From the NCBI GenBank assembly GCA_040377215.1, contig JBEIPE010000001.1, positions 1-49,739 on the forward strand: 49,739 bases of DNA. The letters run 5' to 3'. The notes below the pieces were generated by a model. It worked only from the letters and a program-made list of their open reading frames with translations. It had not been told where the DNA came from and searched no databases. Position numbers and translations under genes: made by a program. Position 1 is the first letter of the stretch, and the number at the start of each line of letters is the position of its first letter. This document shows, piece by piece, positions 43,991-49,739 of the stretch. Origin of the DNA: Halobacteriovoraceae bacterium (GTDB lineage: Bacteria; Bdellovibrionota; Bacteriovoracia; Bacteriovoracales; Bacteriovoracaceae).

Positions 43991-45198
43991 AACGTCTCGC
44001 ACTTATCATTGTTCTCGCAAGCTTCAGTGCCTGGGGCCAGGTCAGTTATGTTCCGCCAGGCCAGATTATCAAAGATGGTGGCACCGAGATCATGGGAACT
44101 GTGCGTAGCTGGAGTTCGTCTTCGCGCTATGACGTAGATACAGAAGAAGTTCCTTTTGAGAGTGGGGAAAGTTTCTCCTATATCGAAGGCGAATTCTTTG
44201 GAACCTACGGCCTGACAAAAGATCTGCAGTTCACTTTCAACGCGAACTTCCGCCAGAACAGAGCCGATGTCTTGAATACGAGTAATGATATTGAATCTAT
44301 TACCTCCACAGGATTGCAGGGTCTCGGCGGGATGTTGAGTTATGGTTTAGAGCCGGTAGGAAGATTGTTTTATACCTTAGAAGGTTTTTACAAATATCGC
44401 CCTTACAGCAATCCTGATTTTGAGGGCACTGATTTCACCAAAGACTTTGTTCTAGGTGACGATGGAGGAGATTACGGAGCGGGTCTCGTGATGAGCTATC
44501 GTCACCCTTCACAGAATTTTTTAAGCGGACGTTTGCATTACCGTCGACCAGGCACATCACTTAGTCCTGAAATTAATTGGCAAGTTGAGGGTGCTTTGGC
44601 GTGGAAATACTTCGCGCTGGTGGCCGGTGCGCAAGGCGTGCAATCACTTAATCAAGATGCCTACACCGACGAACCAAGTGACAAGCCGGTGATCAATACT
44701 GGCGGTAGCCAGATCTATAATTCTATTAACCGTCAGTACATGGCGCCTTACGTTGGTGCGAACATTGCGCTGGGTAAGAAGTGGCGACTTGAAGCGCGCT
44801 ACCAGACATTTACCAACGTGCGTTCTTACGATACCGGCTCTTTGATTATGCTTTCTCTCGCCTCACGCTCTGAACCGGATACGACGATGCTGGCCGATCA
44901 GGCCTTCAAGGAATACGAGCTGGAGGCGACCGTCGCCAAACTGTCTCCCAAGAAACAATTTATCATCATCGATAAGGGCCTCGCCAGTGATGTGCGCAAC
45001 GGTCAGCGCTTCGATCTATTTCACTTCGATTATCTCGGCGGCAACGTCCTGCTGGCTCGCGCTGTCGTGATTCAAGTGAACGCTGATCAGGCCGTGCTTA
45101 AGATCACCTCACGTTTCTCCAATAAGCATCCAATCAAAGAGGGCACCGTGGCCCGTGGACTTAGTAGCAATGGACTCAAACGCTCGGATGAAGAATAA
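43987..45198 (+). CDS. Putative outer-membrane beta-barrel protein with an extra C-terminal soluble domain
   Basis: Signal peptide MKRLALIIVLASFSAWG/Q. Alternating aromatic/hydrophilic strands are present (LQFTFNANF, LFYTLEGFYKY, GAGLVMSYRH, WRLEARYQTF). The C-terminal ~100 aa (FIIIDKGLASDVRNGQRFDLF...VIQVNADQAVLKI) do not look barrel-like. Confidence 0.55.
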   Translation: MKRLALIIVLASFSAWGQVSYVPPGQIIKDGGTEIMGTVRSWSSSSRYDVDTEEVPFESGESFSYIEGEFFGTYGLTKDLQFTFNANFRQNRADVLNTSNDIESITSTGLQGLGGMLSYGLEPVGRLFYTLEGFYKYRPYSNPDFEGTDFTKDFVLGDDGGDYGAGLVMSYRHPSQNFLSGRLHYRRPGTSLSPEINWQVEGALAWKYFALVAGAQGVQSLNQDAYTDEPSDKPVINTGGSQIYNSINRQYMAPYVGANIALGKKWRLEARYQTFTNVRSYDTGSLIMLSLASRSEPDTTMLADQAFKEYELEATVAKLSPKKQFIIIDKGLASDVRNGQRFDLFHFDYLGGNVLLARAVVIQVNADQAVLKITSRFSNKHPIKEGTVARGLSSNGLKRSDEE

Positions 45199-45270
45199 GT
45201 CCCCAAAAATCAATGGTTGAGCCTGTTAGGGTTTGAGTTAGAATAAGATTACTAACAAGGACTCTGCCTC

Positions 45271-45993
45271 ATGAAACATTTCATTCTATCTGCTGTTGTT
45301 GTTGCTTTTATGATTGGCCCAGCCTGGGCCAAGCGTTTCTCCAATCAATACTGTGAGTTTGAACTCCCATCTGGCTGGCAGTGTGCTTTGGAAGGCTCCG
45401 AGTATGTTTGCCAATCAGAAAATGAAGCGAGCAAAAAAGAAGCCATTATTATCTTGGCCGCCAAACGTCGTGGCGAGCAGGACAGCATGGAAGAGTACAC
45501 GGCCTACTTGAAAAAAAGTAAAACCTACACTTTGCCAGGCGGTAAAGTGCAAGTCTCTGATCCGAAGTGGACAAAGAGTACCGACGTGAACTCACACCAG
45601 TGGGTAGACGCTCTTCACTTGGCTTCAGAAGTTCCTGGTTTTTACACACGCTACTTAGCAACTGTGAAAGAAGACTTGGGCGTAGCTATTACTTTCTCAG
45701 TAGCAAAAGATCTTTACGATCAGTACCAAGGCATTTTCGACGGCGTGATCGCTTCTATGCGTGTCTTCCGTCAGAAAGCCGATGCCGGAACCAATCTCAA
45801 CCTCGGTTCTAACGATAGTTCATTGGCCGAGACGACCTTCATTCCAGATGGCGACAAAGTGGACATCTCTACCCAGAAGACCCAAGTTCGTAAAAAAGAA
45901 GGCGACGACAGCGATATGCTGATTTTCGCGGGTCTTGGCCTAGCTGCCTTGATTCTGTTCATTCTCAAGAAGAAGGGCGGGAAAAAGGGCTAA
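45271..45993 (+). CDS. Hypothetical envelope protein: signal peptide, periplasmic domain, C-terminal TM anchor
   Basis: Signal peptide MKHFILSAVVVAFMIGPAWA. The C-terminus is MLIFAGLGLAALILFILKKKGGKKG. RBS AAGGA. Confidence 0.6.
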   Translation: MKHFILSAVVVAFMIGPAWAKRFSNQYCEFELPSGWQCALEGSEYVCQSENEASKKEAIIILAAKRRGEQDSMEEYTAYLKKSKTYTLPGGKVQVSDPKWTKSTDVNSHQWVDALHLASEVPGFYTRYLATVKEDLGVAITFSVAKDLYDQYQGIFDGVIASMRVFRQKADAGTNLNLGSNDSSLAETTFIPDGDKVDISTQKTQVRKKEGDDSDMLIFAGLGLAALILFILKKKGGKKG

Positions 45994-46008
45994 ACTGCCC
46001 CAAATCCA

Positions 46009-46028
46009 AGGCACCCGCCTGGGTGCCT
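46009..46028 (+). terminator. Hairpin between envelope genes (weak terminator or processing site)
   Basis: AGGCACCC-gcct-GGGTGCCT: a perfect 8-bp stem with no T-run. Confidence 0.3.
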
Positions 46029-46150
46029 GAGCCTTAAAAATCAATACATTAGACCTCTTCGCCTTCGCCCATTCATGGGCTTAGGCGCAGTACCGTTATA
46101 ATTGACTCAAGAATTGGTCTTTTTGACCGACAAGGATAGCGGAGAACTTT

Positions 46151-48151
46151 ATGAAATCAAAATCTATGCTGCCTGCTCTTCTGGTGCTTATCGTTTCGCA
46201 AAGCTCTTTTGCGTATCAGATAGATGAATGTAACCCTCCACCGGGCATGACTCTCATTCACCGACCAGCAGAATGTGGTCCATTACCAGGCGGCGCGCTC
46301 CACACAGAACCAACCCAAACTGATGGCGGAGATCCGGCTCCTGAGACGGCAGAGACTACAGAGACTACTGTTGAAGACTCAGCATTCAACCCAGAGGGTG
46401 GAGGCAAATATCGCAACGCCGGCCGTAGCGGGGAAATGAGTGATTTTAGAAATCAGGCGGCATGTTTGCCTGAAATTCAGAGGCAGATTTCAGCAAGAGA
46501 TTGCGTGCCCACAACAGCGTGCACTGCGAATACGCCAGACTGCCAACTGGGAAGTGATACTTCGATCACTCGCTTCAAGGACGTAACAGAGGAAGTTGAC
46601 TTTCAGAGCGTCAGATCTTGCCAAAGTTATTTTGTAGGCAGCGGCGCAAGTGAATCTGAAAGTGGAGGCTTGAGTGTAACATTCAATTTAGCAAATCCTA
46701 CAACGCAACTTAAAGCGAAAGTGTGTCGCTTGGTAGCTTCAGGTTGTGAGTTAACTGAGACCGTTACTGCAAGTAACAAAAGCCAACTACAAACCGTTTA
46801 CAACCAGTGTGTGGCGGTCAAAGCATCGAAACAGCTTCGAGCAGTGGTTGTGGGGATGCAGAAGTGTACAGCAATCAAGTCGGCCGGTAAGGGCACAACT
46901 GATTTTGCTGGTGATGGCCGTGTCTCTTCAATCGATGGGAAAATAACTTGTAAGCGCCATGAAGGTTTAGCTTTCGACTATCCCAGCTGCAAAAGTTTTA
47001 TTACTTGGTACAACACTTTGACCGCTGCTCAGACCGGTGTGCAGATGTACAACGAAGGTGACAAAATCACGACCGGGATGCGCGCCCAGAATGATGCGGC
47101 TACCGCTATTGCATCAGGGAACGGTCAAGAAGCCGGTATCGAAGCCTCACGCAAAACCATTATGGCTTCGGCTAGTGCAGAAGAGCGTAACAAAATGTTC
47201 TTCTTGGCCAAAGGTGCGGCGATCACGTCTCAGTTAATGTCATTCGTCACCGCCGAAAATATCGAAGGTCAGTGTGATGAAAATGCAGGGTGCTGCAAAC
47301 TTTTTGAGATTGAATCGAGCGATGGGATTCGACCAAGTAGCCAATTTTTTCCTAACGGCGGCGAGAAAGACAAGATGATTGCCGAAGTGATCAAGGCCGG
47401 CGGTGAAGCAGCGCTTGCTGCGATGAAAGAGCAGGAACTCAAGCGCCAAGCTGCTGCGCTTAAAGCCATTAAAGACCAGATGACCGCACCGGAAGATACC
47501 GTTGATGAAGGTTTAATGAGATTTTGCTTACAGTTCCCACAAGACTCAAAATGTTTGGGTGCCGGTAATCGCGTTATCTCTGGAGGCTCAGGCTTTAAAG
47601 GCCCAAGCTTCAGCGGCCAAAATATGGGGCTTGGTAATTTAGGAACAGCCGCTTCTGAAGACATTGCAGTCGAAGATGGTGCCGCGAGTGCTATCGGTGG
47701 CGCACAAAATTCAGTGGGTAATATCGGTTCAGCTGATAAAGGCGCAGCCGATGCAAAAGCTACATTTGATGCTCCTTCGGCACTGAAAGGCGGTGGTGGA
47801 GCTCCTACCATCAGCGGTGGTGGCGGTGGTGTAGGCGCGAGTGCTTCAGCGAACGGTCTTTCAAATGATCCAGGTGTTGAAGGCGATAAAAAAGAAACTC
47901 CACTTAAGATGACGTCAAAATCTGCGAGCTATGAAGGTGGCGCCGGCTACAACGGCGGCGGATACCGTGCAGGCGCAGGCGACAAAAAAGATGCAGCAGG
48001 CAATCCTTTTGCCTCTATGTTTGGTAAAGACAAAGGCCGCTCTCCATCAGCGGTACCAGAAATTGATTCACCCGCTTCAGACTTATTCACTAAGATCTCG
48101 AATCGCTACGGTGAAGTTCAGAAGCGTAAAGCCTTGATGGACGTTCGTTGA
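46151..48151 (+). CDS. Large secreted hypothetical protein: Cys-rich N-terminal half, Gly-rich low-complexity C-terminal third
   Basis: Signal peptide MKSKSMLPALLVLIVSQSSFA/YQ. More than 20 Cys occur in the first ~480 aa. The tail contains GGGGAPTISGGGGGVGASASANG and GGAGYNGGGYRAGAG. RBS GGAG. Confidence 0.7.
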   Translation: MKSKSMLPALLVLIVSQSSFAYQIDECNPPPGMTLIHRPAECGPLPGGALHTEPTQTDGGDPAPETAETTETTVEDSAFNPEGGGKYRNAGRSGEMSDFRNQAACLPEIQRQISARDCVPTTACTANTPDCQLGSDTSITRFKDVTEEVDFQSVRSCQSYFVGSGASESESGGLSVTFNLANPTTQLKAKVCRLVASGCELTETVTASNKSQLQTVYNQCVAVKASKQLRAVVVGMQKCTAIKSAGKGTTDFAGDGRVSSIDGKITCKRHEGLAFDYPSCKSFITWYNTLTAAQTGVQMYNEGDKITTGMRAQNDAATAIASGNGQEAGIEASRKTIMASASAEERNKMFFLAKGAAITSQLMSFVTAENIEGQCDENAGCCKLFEIESSDGIRPSSQFFPNGGEKDKMIAEVIKAGGEAALAAMKEQELKRQAAALKAIKDQMTAPEDTVDEGLMRFCLQFPQDSKCLGAGNRVISGGSGFKGPSFSGQNMGLGNLGTAASEDIAVEDGAASAIGGAQNSVGNIGSADKGAADAKATFDAPSALKGGGGAPTISGGGGGVGASASANGLSNDPGVEGDKKETPLKMTSKSASYEGGAGYNGGGYRAGAGDKKDAAGNPFASMFGKDKGRSPSAVPEIDSPASDLFTKISNRYGEVQKRKALMDVR

Positions 48152-48561
48152 TCCCTCCATTCGAATACCGAGTCCAGGTGAAGGAATTTCACCTGGACAC
48201 TTTCGGCCACGTTAACAACGCCCAGTACCTGGCGCTCTATGAAGAGGCACGCTGGGATTTCATTACTGCCAACGGCTTTGGACTCGATCGGATTAAGAGC
48301 GAGAAGGCTGGGCCCGTATTGCTCGAAACAACTGTGAAGTTCAAGCGAGAACTCGTTAACCGCGAGTGGATCACTATCCAATCATCACCTGGTGAAGTGA
48401 ATGGCAAGTTGATGGTCATCAATCAAGTGATGATCAAAGGCGATGGTAAGATCGCTTCAGAGGCGAGCTTCACGGTAGGCTTTATGGATTTGAAAGAAAG
48501 AAAGCTGGTGGTGCCGCCACCTGATTGGCTGAAGGCCTGTGGGTATTCCACTCAAAAATAG
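48148..48561 (+). CDS. Acyl-CoA thioesterase, 4HBT/YbgC-like hotdog fold
   Basis: FHLDTFGHVNNAQYLALYEEARWDF is the typical 4HBT N-terminal motif. TTG start with TTGA overlap onto the upstream stop. Confidence 0.82.
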   Translation: MIPPFEYRVQVKEFHLDTFGHVNNAQYLALYEEARWDFITANGFGLDRIKSEKAGPVLLETTVKFKRELVNREWITIQSSPGEVNGKLMVINQVMIKGDGKIASEASFTVGFMDLKERKLVVPPPDWLKACGYSTQK

Positions 48562-48567
48562 CAGAAA

Positions 48568-48596
48568 TAAAAAGGGCCCCTTCGGGGCCCTTTCGT
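48568..48596. terminator. Bidirectional rho-independent terminator
   Basis: aaaaaGGGCCCCttcgGGGCCCttt, lying between convergent genes. Confidence 0.85.
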
Positions 48597-49739
48597 TTAG
48601 TTCAGGTCGTAGCAAACATCATTTTCGTAATCGTAGTCGTAGCAATCTTGCCCTTCATCTTCGTTGCCGTAGTCCGGCACTTCAGAGTTATCCGGGTAAG
48701 GGTACGGCTGAGTCGAATCATCGTAACCGTCATTATTGATGTCTGAATACTGGTAGTCGTAAGTTGGGCGGCCAGTATCCCAGCTTTCGTCACGAGTTGT
48801 TTCAGCACAGAAGAAACGGTTGTCGTACTCGCGGTCATTCAAGCGATCACGCTCGTATGAACACTGATCGAAGCCGCTGTTACAAACTTGGTTCCAGTAA
48901 GTGCGCTGAACCTGGTGAGTGTAGCTATCAACGAGTTGGTAGTTACAGTAGTCAACAGTTGAGTAGCGGTAACGGTAACCGTTGTGGACGTAGTACGGGT
49001 AGTTGCCGAATACGTAGTAACCGTTCGAGTAGCCAGTTGTAGGCCAGTAGATCCAGTTCATGTACACGTAGTTCGGGTAAGAGCGGCGCACGTGAGAGTA
49101 GTAGTCGTAAGTGCGAGCGTAACGAACCGGGCCTACGTAGATCGAGCCCCACGGAGTGTGGATGTAGCGAGTGTACGGAGTTGGGCGATACATTGGTGGA
49201 CGGTGGTAGTTACGGGTGCCGTAGTAGTCACGGACTGGCACGCGGTAAACCGGGCGGTAAGTCGTGCGACGTGGTGGCGTGTAAACTGGACGGTCTGGGC
49301 GACGAGGATTGTAGCCTGGGCGACGCTCTCCTGGGCCTGGACGACGGTCCGGCATTGGGCGTGTCTCTGGACGACGGTCCGGCATTGGGCGCGTCTCTGG
49401 GCGACGGTCCGGCATCGGGCGTGTTTCTGGACGACGGTCAGGCATTGGGCGCGTGTCTGGACGACGATCCGGCATTGGGCGCGTCTCTGGGCGAGTGTCC
49501 GGCATTGGGCGCGTCTCTGGACGACGGTCCGGCATTGGGCGTGTCTCTGGGCGACGGTCCGGCATCGGGCGCGTCTCTGGGCGACGGTCCGGCATCGGGC
49601 GTGTTTCTGGACGACGGTCTGGCATTGGGCGTGTCTCAGGACGACGCTCAGGAGCTGGACGAGTCTCTGGGCGACGGTCTGGCATTGGGCGTGTCTCAGG
49701 ACGACGCTCAGGAGCTGGACGGCTCTCTGGACGACGATC
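48597..49739 (-). CDS. Repeat protein (partial; N-terminus outside the window): PDRRPETRPM decapeptide array, then a Tyr/Arg/Pro-rich region and an acidic Cys/Tyr tail
   Basis: The minus-strand frame is open from the window edge to the stop at 48597. It passes from the repeats into ~250 aa of non-repeat sequence and is followed by a terminator. The track ORF (48597..49685) starts at a Met inside the repeats. Confidence 0.7.
   Translation of the reverse strand, partial: DRRPESRPAPERRPETRPMPDRRPETRPAPERRPETRPMPDRRPETRPMPDRRPETRPMPDRRPETRPMPDRRPETRPMPDTRPETRPMPDRRPDTRPMPDRRPETRPMPDRRPETRPMPDRRPETRPMPDRRPGPGERRPGYNPRRPDRPVYTPPRRTTYRPVYRVPVRDYYGTRNYHRPPMYRPTPYTRYIHTPWGSIYVGPVRYARTYDYYSHVRRSYPNYVYMNWIYWPTTGYSNGYYVFGNYPYYVHNGYRYRYSTVDYCNYQLVDSYTHQVQRTYWNQVCNSGFDQCSYERDRLNDREYDNRFFCAETTRDESWDTGRPTYDYQYSDINNDGYDDSTQPYPYPDNSEVPDYGNEDEGQDCYDYDYENDVCYDLN
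49341..49739. repeat. Tandem 30-bp repeat array (about 13 copies inside the window, continuing beyond it)
   Basis: The + strand unit ggcattgggcgtgtctctggacgacggtcc is repeated head to tail with point variants. 49621-49680 and 49681-49739 form a near-identical 60-bp higher-order unit. Confidence 0.92.

Noticed and set aside
47269-47811. 180-aa minus-strand ORF opposite the Gly-rich part of the 666-aa gene.
   Set aside because: The GC-rich Gly/Ala codon runs keep the antisense frame open (Pro/Ala/Ser-rich product). The plus-strand ORF is continuous over 2 kb and has a signal peptide and an RBS.
49341-49739. Whether the regular 30-bp repeats are a CRISPR array.
   Set aside because: The units are directly adjacent with no unique spacers. 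They are not palindromic, and they sit in-frame within a long ORF that continues into unique coding sequence.
1-49739. A genomic island, prophage, defence island or other mobile element somewhere in the window.
   Set aside because: I recognised no integrase, transposase, recombinase, phage structural gene, restriction-modification or toxin-antitoxin signature, and no flanking tRNA or long direct repeats. Gene content is dominated by core functions. I cannot exclude compositional anomalies without computing GC or codon statistics.

Overview
This 49.7 kb window reads as a gene-dense, mostly housekeeping chromosomal segment. The flagellin, the HD-GYP-like signalling proteins and the overall gene content suggest a Bdellovibrio-like (Bdellovibrionota) predatory bacterium, but that placement is inference only. 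By eye I found no rRNA, tRNA, CRISPR array, integrase, transposase or prophage signature. Confident calls: uvrB (3' part), a flagellin, a pstSCA operon with two pstB genes, hppD, a fused indolepyruvate:ferredoxin oxidoreductase, thrS, the rimP-nusA-infB-rbfA-truB operon, plsC, rnhA, an FKBP isomerase, eno, a CpaF-type ATPase, and a small PaaG/PaaH-like beta-oxidation cluster. Many adjacent genes overlap by 1-20 nt, which suggests translational coupling. Several clean tetraloop hairpin terminators sit between convergent genes. The least explained stretch is 43.4-49.7 kb. It holds a tightly coupled operon of uncharacterised envelope proteins: a possible degenerate 2H-fold protein, a beta-barrel candidate, a tail-anchored protein, a 666-aa Cys/Gly-rich secreted protein and a thioesterase. 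Converging on that operon is a partial gene made of at least 13 tandem 30-bp repeats (peptide PDRRPETRPM) followed by an extremely Tyr-rich, acidic C-terminus. Other items worth a second look: a Nudix-MBL fusion coupled to the oxidoreductase; an orphan CpaF ATPase paired with a cupredoxin-like protein behind a sigma-28-like promoter; a PstB paralog lacking the Q-loop Gln and H-loop His; a split PaaH-like dehydrogenase; a PTPS-like/M14 peptidase pair; a membrane-anchored ferredoxin; and palindromes plus a start-stop mini-ORF in the thrS / TPR-wHTH intergenic region. All functional calls rest on motifs I recognised by eye. No database search was run.
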